From Flavobacterium sp. (GTDB taxonomy: Bacteria > Bacteroidota > Bacteroidia > Flavobacteriales > Flavobacteriaceae), in contig JAGYJR010000001.1 in assembly GCA_018401995.1 (NCBI GenBank), positions 1,534-65,533 on the forward strand: a stretch of DNA of 64,000 bases, read 5' to 3'. Both the position numbers and the translations under genes were made by a program. Shown one piece after another: positions 51,374 through 60,964 of this stretch (its first letter is position 1; each line of letters begins with the position of its first letter). Below the pieces are notes generated by a model, which was not told the DNA's origin, did not search any database, and saw nothing but the letters and a program-made list of their open reading frames with translations.

Positions 51374-52258
51374 TCATTCTTGTAATATCAAAGCTTCACA
51401 AAACGCTAATGTACAAAAAGTTCGTCCAACTGACGTTACATGAATGGGATCATAAAATAAATCTTCTGGTAAAATAGCACTGTGATTGATGATGGATTCC
51501 TTTCCATCAGGAAATTGCACGGTTTGGCGATACAAAGGCGATTGGTAAATCAGTAATTCTATTTGATGGGCTTCGCACAAAGCTTGCATCCGTTGGAATG
51601 CTGGATTCTTAATACTCAGTTGTATGGTGTTTGGTTCTTTGGGAACTACTGCATTTTGCGCATTGGGATACGTATAATTGCCCTTTTCATCAAATCGATT
51701 ACGCTTATTGGGTTGGACTGCCGTAAACAAAGCAGGAAAAAAGAGTTCGTTGTTGTAATAACTCATTCCTAAAAAAGGCAAGTATTTGGAATATTTCAAC
51801 ACAGCTAACCCATTGGTATCATAGGTTTGATAATGTTGATAAATAACTGGATTATTAATTTCCGTGAGAAAGCGATAATCGTTGTCGTTTAAGGTATTGG
51901 TAGGATTTTGTAAATCCCATGGCGTGACACATAAAATAACTTTATCCGTTTTTTTACCTAAGGACAAAAAATACTCCAACATCAGTACATGCGAATTCAG
52001 CGAAGAATCGTCCATACTTACATTCAAACCGTTCCATTGCATCACGGAATCAATAGTTTTGGTATCTAAAGTGGTCAATCCTGTACTAGAACCGAGAACG
52101 ATATAATCAAATTGTTTGCTTGAAATTCCATTTTTCAAAAACTGAGGTTTGTACAATTGGGATTTCCCTAAAAAAAACAAAGCGCCAAAAGCAATGGCAT
52201 TGAGTAAAACAAAACTCAACACGCCATATATACCTATTTTGATTACAAACTTTTGCAT
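51374..52258 (-). CDS. SGNH-like periplasmic partner of the MBOAT O-acyltransferase
   Basis: N-terminal anchor, VLGSS and C-terminal DPIH (DxxH); translationally coupled to the MBOAT gene. Confidence 0.65.
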   Translation of the reverse strand: MQKFVIKIGIYGVLSFVLLNAIAFGALFFLGKSQLYKPQFLKNGISSKQFDYIVLGSSTGLTTLDTKTIDSVMQWNGLNVSMDDSSLNSHVLMLEYFLSLGKKTDKVILCVTPWDLQNPTNTLNDNDYRFLTEINNPVIYQHYQTYDTNGLAVLKYSKYLPFLGMSYYNNELFFPALFTAVQPNKRNRFDEKGNYTYPNAQNAVVPKEPNTIQLSIKNPAFQRMQALCEAHQIELLIYQSPLYRQTVQFPDGKESIINHSAILPEDLFYDPIHVTSVGRTFCTLAFCEALILQE

Positions 52259-53685
52259 TAGAATTGAAAATAAATAAAATCCATTTGGTTTTTAAAACTG
52301 CCCATAAAAAAGATAGCTAGCAATAAAAATAGGGTCCAATAGCGATTCAAATACGGTGTTTCTCTTTTTTGGAGTACCCAAAGCAACTCTCTCAAGCTCA
52401 AAATCCCAATAGCCAGCACACTGAGTAAAAACAACAACGTATAGGCATTATTCTTAATAAAAAAACGGATCGAAAACGAATCCAAACTCGATAATTGTTC
52501 CAAATATGTTAGTGCTAGCGATAAGGAATCCGCTCTAAAGAATACCCAAGCCACACAAACCAATGTAAATGTAGTCCCGATTTTAAGAACGTCTAACCAA
52601 CCGTACGATTTGGAGGCTAGATTGGTGCGGTTCCAATTCCCTAACAACAGCGGTAAAAAAAGCAAGGCGTGCAGCAATCCCCAAAGGATAAACGTCCAAT
52701 TGGCACCATGCCAAAAGCCACTGACCAAGAAGATAATGAATACATTTCGCAACTGAAATCCCTTCGACCCTCGGGAACCTCCCAAAGGAATATACACATA
52801 ATCGCGAAACCAAGTGGATAAGGAAATGTGCCATCTTCTCCAAAACTCGGCAATATCTCTTGAAAAATAGGGAAATTTAAAATTCACCATCAAATCAAAA
52901 CCAAATAATTTGGATATCCCAATGGCAATATCGGAATAGCCTGAAAAATCACCATAAATTTGGAAAGCAAAAAACACCATTCCAACGGCTAATTCCCCAC
53001 TAGAAAAAGCAGCTGGATTTTCAAAAATGGGATTCACAAAAAACGCACAGTTATCCGCAACCACTACTTTTTTAAACATTCCCCAGATTATGAGTTGGAC
53101 ACCCGCAACGGCTTGTTCGTACTGAAAGACTCTTTTCTTATAAAACTGAGGCAACAAATGCGAGGCCCGTTCGATGGGACCAGCTACTAATTGCGGAAAA
53201 AAAGTGACAAATGCCGCAAAATCTATAAAACTATTGGTTGGTTGTAGTTGTTTTCGGTAAATATCAATCGTATAACTTAAGGTTTGAAACGTATAAAACG
53301 AAATACCAACAGGTAAAATAATTTCCAAAGTAGTACCTTGAATCGTCACACCAATACTTGCCCATGCGTCTACCCAACTTTGCACAAAAAAATTGAAGTA
53401 CTTAAAAAAGCCCAACATTCCCAAATTTGCCGTTAAGCTCAGCCCTAACAGTAGCTTTCTTTTGGAAGATTCAGCTGTTTTTTCTAGTTGCAAGCCAACG
53501 AAATAATCAATTGCCGTACTTAAAACAATTAGCGATAAAAAGCGCCAATCCCACCAACCATAAAACACATAACTAGCTACCAACAACAAGATATTTTGTG
53601 CACGCAATTGGTTTTTAAACACAAACCAATACAGCACAAAAACTGTGGGTAGGAAAAGCAGAAATTCTAGGGAGTTGAAGAGCAT
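52258..53685 (-). CDS. MBOAT family O-acyltransferase (AlgI/DltB-like)
   Basis: LPVGISFYTFQ, FFPQLVAGPIER, DFSGYSD, EFWRRWHISLS and GFWHG motifs. Confidence 0.94.
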   Translation of the reverse strand: MLFNSLEFLLFLPTVFVLYWFVFKNQLRAQNILLLVASYVFYGWWDWRFLSLIVLSTAIDYFVGLQLEKTAESSKRKLLLGLSLTANLGMLGFFKYFNFFVQSWVDAWASIGVTIQGTTLEIILPVGISFYTFQTLSYTIDIYRKQLQPTNSFIDFAAFVTFFPQLVAGPIERASHLLPQFYKKRVFQYEQAVAGVQLIIWGMFKKVVVADNCAFFVNPIFENPAAFSSGELAVGMVFFAFQIYGDFSGYSDIAIGISKLFGFDLMVNFKFPYFSRDIAEFWRRWHISLSTWFRDYVYIPLGGSRGSKGFQLRNVFIIFLVSGFWHGANWTFILWGLLHALLFLPLLLGNWNRTNLASKSYGWLDVLKIGTTFTLVCVAWVFFRADSLSLALTYLEQLSSLDSFSIRFFIKNNAYTLLFLLSVLAIGILSLRELLWVLQKRETPYLNRYWTLFLLLAIFFMGSFKNQMDFIYFQF

Positions 53686-53697
53686 GTTTAATCCTAT

Positions 53698-54567
53698 TTA
53701 TTGTTTGAAAAAATCTTCAATTATTTTTGATGTAAAAATACTAGCTCCTTTTTATTCATATGACCACAACTTGAAAAAAAAACATCATCATTAACTATAT
53801 CTTTATAATTATAAATTTCAGGATAAATTTCTTTAACTTTTTAATAAATAATTATCAATCCCTTTGGCGTTTTTACATTGGAGTATTTACCACAATAAGA
53901 TTAATATCATTTTTTTTACAAAGTAGTTTTATAAACTCGTAATCTTTATTTTTATTAGGCAACTTATTTGACAAATCATATTCCAAATTTATTCCCTTAC
54001 CATTTAAAGGAACAAATCCTCCATTCGAAAGACTCTGTGATTCTTTCTTTAAAAATGAAAAGAACATTTCTCTAAAACCAATTCTAGAATCATAATAAAT
54101 ATATATCTATAAAATGGTAAATAGTATAAATAACTAAAATTTGGAATGTTTTTGTAATAATTAGAAATAATTTGATGTGATGTTAAGTAAGGCATAAAGC
54201 TGGCTCTTATACCTTCTGAATAACCTTCATCCATTATATTTAAGTCTACCTCTAATACTATGTTTTTATAATATATTTTTATTTAACATAATTTGGAGAA
54301 GCGCTGATTCTTCTAATCTTGAACCACTCAAACCATAATTAAATGCTTTTAGATTATTTTTTAAAAAATTTCCGTAACAAAATGATTTTCAGCTCGGGAT
54401 GATCCTAAAATTAAACATCATATTCTACATTTAAACCATTAACTATACTCTCAATTTTATTCCTCTTAACAGACAAAGAGTAAACTTGTGTGTATATCAA
54501 ATCCAAAATAAAAGCAATTATTATTACTATAAGAAAACTTTAAATATATAAAGAAAAACTGTCTCAT
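53698..54567 (-). pseudogene. Disrupted SGNH-like MBOAT partner
   Basis: ATG at 54567 is coupled to the upstream stop. Fragments ILGSSRAENHF, FNYGLSGS and SCGHMN / GASIFTSKIIEDFFKQ* lie in different frames. Confidence 0.7.
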
Positions 54568-55987
54568 TAAAATTGAAAATAAATAAAATCTTGCGGATTT
54601 GAATAACTATAATATTAATAGTGCTAGTAATACAAAAACAATTTTTATCATTGCATATTTACGAAATAGGTTCTTGTCTATTACGATAAAACCATTCAAC
54701 CCCCACAAATCCAAAAACCAAAAGTAATAATTCTATACTATAACGATCTATAGATAAATAACTAATTTTATTTCAGATACGTAACCAAGCGCTGGATATA
54801 AGCCGTGCTTCTTTTTTATAAGTCTGCTCAAAAAACCCAAGCTAAACAAGTCAATAAAAAAGTAGAAAGTATACTTAAAAGTGTTCTTTTTGAAAATCCC
54901 ATCCTAATTGAATAGTACCTAAATGGGTTCTGTTCTTTCCTCGCAACAATAAAGGCAAAAAATACAACGCATTTAAAAATCCCCAAACTAAAAACGTCCA
55001 ATTGGCACCGTGCCAGAAACCACTGACTAAAAATATAATAAACGTATTCCTAACTTGCATCCACACGCCTCCTTTACTGCCTCCTAATGGAATATACACA
55101 TAATCCCGAAACCAAGTAGATAAGGAGATATGCCATCTTCTCCAAAACTCGGCAATATCTCTTGAAAAATAAGGATAATTGAAATTTCGCATCAAGTCAA
55201 AACCAAACAAACGCGCGATACCAATCGCCATATCGGAATAACCTGAAAAATCACCATAAATTTGGAAGGCAAAATAAACACTCCCAAGCAATAATGTTAG
55301 TGAATCTAAATTTTCATAGTTCCCGAAAATTTCATTCACATAAATAGCACAAGAATCCGCAATGACCACCTTTTTAAACAAACCCCACAAAATCAAATGA
55401 ATACCAGATACGGCTTGGTCGTAATTAAAAATTCGTTTTTTATAAAACTGAGGCAACAAATGCGACGCCCGTTCGATGGGACCAGCTACTAATTGTGGAA
55501 AAAACGTAACAAACGTAGCAAAATCTATAAAACTTTTGGTGGGTTGTAGTTGTTTGCGGTAAATATCAATCGTATAACTTAAGGTTTGAAACGTATAAAA
55601 CGAAATACCAACAGGTAGAATAATTTCCAAAGTAGTACCTTGCATCGTCACACCAACACTTGCCCATGCGTCTACCCAACTTTGCACAAAGAAGTTGAAA
55701 TACTTAAAAAAGCCCAACATTCCCAAATTTGCCGTTAAGCTCAGCCCTAGCAGTAGCTTTCTTTTGAAAGATTCAACTGTTTTTCTAGTTGCAAGCCAAC
55801 AAAATAATCAATTGCCAATACTTAAAACAATTAGCGATAAAAAGCGCCAATCCCATCAACCATAAAACACATAACTAGCCAACAACAACAAGATATTTTG
55901 TGCACGTAATTGGTTTTTAAATACAAACCAATACAGTACAAATACTGTGGGTAGAAAAAGTAGAAATTCTAGGGAGTTGAAGAGCAT
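54567..55987 (-). pseudogene. Disrupted second MBOAT O-acyltransferase
   Basis: The 5' end is nearly identical to 52258-53685, but codon 44 is TGA instead of TGG (55856-55858). There are indels at about 55780-55820 and near the 3' end; it ends DFIYFQF* at 54567. Confidence 0.85.
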
Positions 55988-55990
55988 AAT

Positions 55991-57382
55991 TTAGATTATC
56001 GAATTAATTGATTTCCAAATTCGGTCTGAGGCTAAATTAGCGGGTTGACAAGTGATTTTTTCAAACCATTTATCTGCTTCCCCTACGTTAGAAACTTCTT
56101 TATTTAAAATCTTTTCAAACAGCTGTTTTAAATCATTACTTTGACGACACCATAAAACAGCTTCTTTTGAAGGCATAGATTGAAAATGAATGTAATTGTA
56201 AATTTTCTTTACTGTCCATTTTTTAATAAAACAATCGTTTACATCATAATTAATATAAATGCATGGTTTTTTAAATATAACATAGTCAAACACCATTGAA
56301 GAACCAAGATTAATAACAAATTCAGTGTGATAAATTGTATTGGCTAGTAGCGACATATCTTCTTTTGTAGGTAAAATCGTATTCCAAGAGCTTCCTATTT
56401 TCTGCCATTTGGGTTGTATTGGAGTAATTACATCACTATACATTTTCAAAACAGTATCAAATCGATTCGACACATCAACAGGACAACGTCTAAATACAAT
56501 TCCTATATTATTTCCTTCCTGATTAAGTTGACGTACAGCTTTAGCTGCGTCTTCTAAGTAAACAGGATCATTAGGGCTTGTTGTAATATCATCCCCCGAA
56601 AAGCAAATATATTTTTTTGTCAAATCTAACTGATAAATTTCAAAGAAAATTTCTTTTGACTGGATTATATTAGCATCGTAATGTGATTCAAACTGAGGAG
56701 TTCCCGTTACAACAATTTGCTCCTTTTTTATGTAAGGATAATAATGAAGCAATTCATTTTTCATATGGTCACTCCATACAAAATAATAATCGGTTTCAAT
56801 TACCATCGTAGCTTTTGGCAAATTATCCCATGAAAATATAAAAGTTGCAGTAGGAATATTCAAGGATTGTGCCGCCAAAATAGGTGCTATTCCTAAAACT
56901 GGTCTTTGATTTGTACAAAATACAAAATCTGGTTTTTCTTGTCTTAATTGATCAACACAGGCGTCAAAATAGCTTGTTTTTGATTCAATTTTTTTAATGA
57001 AAGAGCGAATTAGTTTCAGTCCTCTATTAGATGAAAAGAAAAAAATAAGCAATCTAGTAAGAAAACTTCTTAACGCGTTTTTAATCGTAGAATATACAAA
57101 TGGAAAACGATATGTATTATATACTTCTGAATTGCTTTTTTTTATATTTAGATTGAGTTCTATGTGCTTTCTTGCATTTTTTAAAATATCAGTTAAAAAA
57201 TGATTATTGCCTGAAGCTACTTTGACTTCAGAGTAATTTAAATCTTTTAAATCAAAAAGAGTTTTATTCCAATAGGTAATTTCAAAATCTTTTGCTTTAC
57301 CTAATTCATAAAAATTAGAAAAAGCAAAATTCCTCAACCCAACACCATCGGGTAATAAAACAAATATTTTTTTTGGTTTCAT
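55991..57382 (-). CDS. GT-B fold glycosyltransferase, possible nonulosonic acid transferase
   Basis: FSWDNLPK and VTGTPQF motifs; directly downstream of the neuA operon. Confidence 0.65.
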   Translation of the reverse strand: MKPKKIFVLLPDGVGLRNFAFSNFYELGKAKDFEITYWNKTLFDLKDLNYSEVKVASGNNHFLTDILKNARKHIELNLNIKKSNSEVYNTYRFPFVYSTIKNALRSFLTRLLIFFFSSNRGLKLIRSFIKKIESKTSYFDACVDQLRQEKPDFVFCTNQRPVLGIAPILAAQSLNIPTATFIFSWDNLPKATMVIETDYYFVWSDHMKNELLHYYPYIKKEQIVVTGTPQFESHYDANIIQSKEIFFEIYQLDLTKKYICFSGDDITTSPNDPVYLEDAAKAVRQLNQEGNNIGIVFRRCPVDVSNRFDTVLKMYSDVITPIQPKWQKIGSSWNTILPTKEDMSLLANTIYHTEFVINLGSSMVFDYVIFKKPCIYINYDVNDCFIKKWTVKKIYNYIHFQSMPSKEAVLWCRQSNDLKQLFEKILNKEVSNVGEADKWFEKITCQPANLASDRIWKSINSII

Positions 57383-58314
57383 TATAAAATCTCTAAAAAT
57401 TTATGGACAACAAAATCTTCGGTCATCTTCATCGACTCATATGTAGCACCGGCAATATGCGGTGTTATTATCACATTATAACCTGATTTAGCCAAACCAA
57501 TTAACTCATGATTAGAAAAATTCAAACTTAGTTCGTTTTCTAAAACATCTGTTGCATAACCTTTAATTTTATTTTCTCTGATTAAACAACAAAGATAGGA
57601 TTCGTCTACAACAGCTCCTCTTGATGTATTAATTAATATAGATTGTTCATACAATAAATCCAAAAGTGACTTATTTACAAAATGAACATTATTTTTATTT
57701 AATGGTATATGTATGGATAGTATTTCTGCCCATTTAAAAAGTGCTTCAGGCGAATTGAAACCTACGAAACTAGTTTCTTTCTTTTCACAGTCATAGTAGC
57801 CTACTTCCATATCAAAGGCTTGTGCAAATTTAGCAAGTTGAATACCAACTCTACCAAGACCTAGAATACCTAGTTTCTTTCCTTTTAAATTATTTCCTTT
57901 ATAAAGATTTCTATTCCAAACCCCTTCTTTAACACTCTCAAACGAAGACGGTATTTTTTTAACTAACGACAATAACAACGCCCAAGTATGTTCTGCAGTA
58001 GAGGGAATACTTGAAAGAAACATTACTTCATCTTTTAATGAAATTACTTTACCTCCTTTCTTTTCGAAGCAATCCACGTCAATATGATCTAATCCGGTAG
58101 TAGCAGTTAAAATATATTTAAGGCGAGGTCCTAGCTCAATTATTTCTTTGTCAATATAAATACCCAATCGTATAAAAATCACATCGTACAAGTGAATTCT
58201 ATCTATTAAATTTGCTCTAGAGAAAGTCTCGAGAAAGTCTACATCAAATTTTTCGTTAAGCACTTTTATTGCCTCTTGGCTAAAGTCTTCAAATTCAGTA
58301 ATCAGCAATTTCAT
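57382..58314 (-). CDS. D-isomer 2-hydroxyacid dehydrogenase (SerA-like)
   Basis: GLDHID, GLGRVG, INTSRG and TPHIAG motifs. Confidence 0.88.
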   Translation of the reverse strand: MKLLITEFEDFSQEAIKVLNEKFDVDFLETFSRANLIDRIHLYDVIFIRLGIYIDKEIIELGPRLKYILTATTGLDHIDVDCFEKKGGKVISLKDEVMFLSSIPSTAEHTWALLLSLVKKIPSSFESVKEGVWNRNLYKGNNLKGKKLGILGLGRVGIQLAKFAQAFDMEVGYYDCEKKETSFVGFNSPEALFKWAEILSIHIPLNKNNVHFVNKSLLDLLYEQSILINTSRGAVVDESYLCCLIRENKIKGYATDVLENELSLNFSNHELIGLAKSGYNVIITPHIAGATYESMKMTEDFVVHKFLEIL

Positions 58315-58993
58315 TTTTCCAGTCATCATAAAGTACAGTTGCTAATTTAAAATCTCTTATGGTATCTATATTTACTAACCAATTGGGATCCATAACATAG
58401 GCTCTTTTATTTGAAATAATAAAAGCATTCTCTCTAAAAAATGCATTTGTTCGTATTGCATAAAAACAACCATTTCTATAGTATACAGGAACCAAATCTT
58501 GTCTTCTTAATGTTTCTGTTTTAGGAATAAAAGGAATTAACTCTTTATCGAAACTCATATTATACATTCGGGCTGGATGAATATCATCCATTGGTACAAC
58601 ACTAACTATATTTTCCACGCTTTCATTATCTTCAAAAATTTGAACAATTGCATCCAAATCTTTTGCTGTACGAAAAGGCGCAGTAGGTTGTAACAAAATA
58701 ATAATGTCGTAATCTTCTTTTAGCTCATGGTAAGCATGCTGAACAGCTGTTACAACATTACTAGTGTCTTGAGCTAAACTTTCAGGTCTTTTTACAACTT
58801 TAATATTTAAATTAGAAACAACACTTAATATTTCTTCGCTATCAGTTGTAACTACAATATCAGTTGTTTTTCTTGACTTTTTTGCACAATCAATGGAATG
58901 CAAAATTAAAGGCTTATTTCCTAAATTTTTTATATTTTTATCAGGTACTCCTTTAGAACCGCCTCTAGCAGGTATAATAACTAAGACTTTCAT
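58295..58993 (-). CDS. neuA: CMP-N-acylneuraminate cytidylyltransferase
   Basis: IPARGGSKGVPDKN, LQPTAPFR and NIDT motifs. Confidence 0.92.
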   Translation of the reverse strand: MKVLVIIPARGGSKGVPDKNIKNLGNKPLILHSIDCAKKSRKTTDIVVTTDSEEILSVVSNLNIKVVKRPESLAQDTSNVVTAVQHAYHELKEDYDIIILLQPTAPFRTAKDLDAIVQIFEDNESVENIVSVVPMDDIHPARMYNMSFDKELIPFIPKTETLRRQDLVPVYYRNGCFYAIRTNAFFRENAFIISNKRAYVMDPNWLVNIDTIRDFKLATVLYDDWKNEIADY

Positions 58994-60150
58994 TAATACA
59001 TTATTGTTTTATGAAACTGTAATGGCAACTGTTCCAATAATTCCGCTATTTGTTTTCCTGCATCGCCACCGCCGTACACATTGGAAATTTGTTTTGAACT
59101 TGAAATACGTTCTTCGATAGCATTTTTAATAGCTTGCACGTCATAAGTGACATCAACCACATTGCTGCCTCTATCTCTTCGATTTTGTCGGGTACCAATA
59201 TTCACTACTGGAACACCTAAATAAGCACACTCTCTAATACCGACGCTTGAATTTCCAATCAAACAATCCGCATGATGCAATAAGTGTAAAAAGTCTTTAC
59301 CCTCCATATTCTTGAAGAAATGTACATTTGGCAATTGGTGTTGCTCTCTAAAAGCTCTTATTCCTGTGGAAGTACCATCCGCTCCTGCATCTACATTAGG
59401 CCAAAACCATAAAGTAGGACGATTCAATTGATAGACTGCTTCTAATGTTGCCTCAATATGCTTTCTAGAATCTTGGTATTCATTGGTTACAGGATGTTGC
59501 ATAACAACCAAATAACCGTTAGACAAATCGGGTGTTGCTCCTACGCCTCCATATTTCTCATAAGGATTAAAAGGTAATGAATCGCTATTTTCCTTTACTT
59601 CTTTAGCCAAATCTATAGAGGGACAACCCGTATTAAAAACAAATTCTGGGTTTTCTCCTAATTTAACTACACGTTCTTTAGCACTTTCAGAAGCCACAAA
59701 ATGGTAATCTGCTAATTTAGTTATAGCGTGTCGTACTTTTTCATCAATATTTCCTGTTACTTCACCTCCTTGGATGTGAGCTAAAGGGATGTTCATATAA
59801 GACGCTGCAATAGCGGTTGCCATAGTTTCAAATCGATCAGCAACAGTTACTACAACATCTGGTTTTAAGTTATCAAAAACGGTTGACAATTCTAAAATTC
59901 CAATTCCAGTAGTTTTAGCTGCTGCGGTTAAATTCTCTCCTTCTAAAACGTTGAACACTTTAGCCGCAATTTCAAATCCGTCTTTTACAATGTAATTCAC
60001 CGCAGAACCATAGCGGTCTAGTAAAGCCGAAGCCGCCACAATCAATTGCAATTCTAAGTTGGGATGTAGTTGTATCGCAGATAAAACTGTTTTAACTCTA
60101 CTATAAGAAGGTCGTGCTGTGATTACAACTGCTATTTTTCTTTTATTCAT
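58993..60150 (-). CDS. neuC: Hydrolysing UDP-GlcNAc 2-epimerase
   Basis: ADRFE, HIQGGE, DEKVRHAITKL and GNSS motifs. Confidence 0.92.
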   Translation of the reverse strand: MNKRKIAVVITARPSYSRVKTVLSAIQLHPNLELQLIVAASALLDRYGSAVNYIVKDGFEIAAKVFNVLEGENLTAAAKTTGIGILELSTVFDNLKPDVVVTVADRFETMATAIAASYMNIPLAHIQGGEVTGNIDEKVRHAITKLADYHFVASESAKERVVKLGENPEFVFNTGCPSIDLAKEVKENSDSLPFNPYEKYGGVGATPDLSNGYLVVMQHPVTNEYQDSRKHIEATLEAVYQLNRPTLWFWPNVDAGADGTSTGIRAFREQHQLPNVHFFKNMEGKDFLHLLHHADCLIGNSSVGIRECAYLGVPVVNIGTRQNRRDRGSNVVDVTYDVQAIKNAIEERISSSKQISNVYGGGDAGKQIAELLEQLPLQFHKTIMY

Positions 60151-60252
60151 TTTTCTTTTGCTACTTCAAAGGGCTAAAAATAAGTAAAATTTATGGAAAT
60201 TATGTGGGTTTGAGAATTTTTATAAAATTGAAACTCTAGGTTAAATTAAATC

Positions 60253-60430
60253 TGTCAAATCGAGCGAAGTCGAGACGTTGTCAAATCGAGCGAAGTCGAG
60301 ACACTGTCATATCGAGCGAAGTCGAGAAACTGTCAAATCGAGCGAAGTCGAGAAACTGTCATATCAAGCGAAGTCGAAACTGTCATATCGAGCGAAGTCG
60401 AGACACTGTCATATCAAGCGAAGTCGAGAT
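60253..60430 (+). repeat. Seven tandem copies of a 24-26-nt palindromic unit TGTCA(T/A)ATCGAGCGAAGTCGAGA-NNN
   Basis: Units start at 60253, 60279, 60305, 60331, 60357, 60381 and 60407. Confidence 0.97.
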
Positions 60431-60738
60431 GGTTTATTCTTACAATGCGAATCATTCTTACACTCAGCCAAAATTGGTAACAAATCCCATTCTCCTTTAA
60501 TCACAGCTTCTTTCTTAGCTCTACTCCATTTTTTTATTTTCTTTTCAAAAGATATAGCTTGATTAGGCTCTAAAAATTCCTGATACCAAACCAACTCAAC
60601 TAGTCTTCTTGAAAAAGTATAAGCATCTGAATATTTACCAGCATTGTGTTCCGTAACTCTACGGTCTAAATTTGAAGTTATTCCAACATAATAAGAATCG
60701 TCGGAACATTTGAGGATGTAAACAAAATAAAATTTCAT
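60409..60738 (-). CDS. Stand-alone GIY-YIG nuclease (UPF0213/YhbQ-like)
   Basis: VYILKC..DSYYVGIT..LDRR..EH and AISFEKKIKKWSRAKK motifs; the stop codon lies within repeat copy 7. Confidence 0.93.
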   Translation of the reverse strand: MKFYFVYILKCSDDSYYVGITSNLDRRVTEHNAGKYSDAYTFSRRLVELVWYQEFLEPNQAISFEKKIKKWSRAKKEAVIKGEWDLLPILAECKNDSHCKNKPSRLRLI

Positions 60739-60789
60739 GGCGTATATATTTATAAATGTAAAAATAGGAATTATTTATAAATTAAAAAA

Positions 60790-60964
60790 GTCTCGACTCC
60801 GCTCGACTTGACAAAATCCTGCTTTAAATCAATAATAGTGGAAATATATAACTTAAGAAGTACCGCTCTGTCATATCGAGCAAAGGAAATACCATAAAAT
60901 CAAACGAAAGAAAAACTGTCATATCGAGCGAAGTCGAGACTGTCATATCGAGCGAAGTCGAGAT
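60790..60964. repeat. Upstream copies of the same palindromic unit
   Basis: Inverted copy at 60790-60813, partial copy at 60869-60882, and direct copies at 60917-60940 and 60941-60964. Confidence 0.95.

Noticed and set aside
51243-51443. 66-aa plus-strand ORF
   Set aside because: It spans repeat elements and is antisense to the operon.
60253-60430. CRISPR or guide-RNA array
   Set aside because: Units are separated by only 1-3 variable nt, there are no unique spacers, and there are no cas genes in the window.
60278-60562. 94-aa plus-strand ORF
   Set aside because: It is a translation of the tandem repeat and antisense to the GIY-YIG gene.
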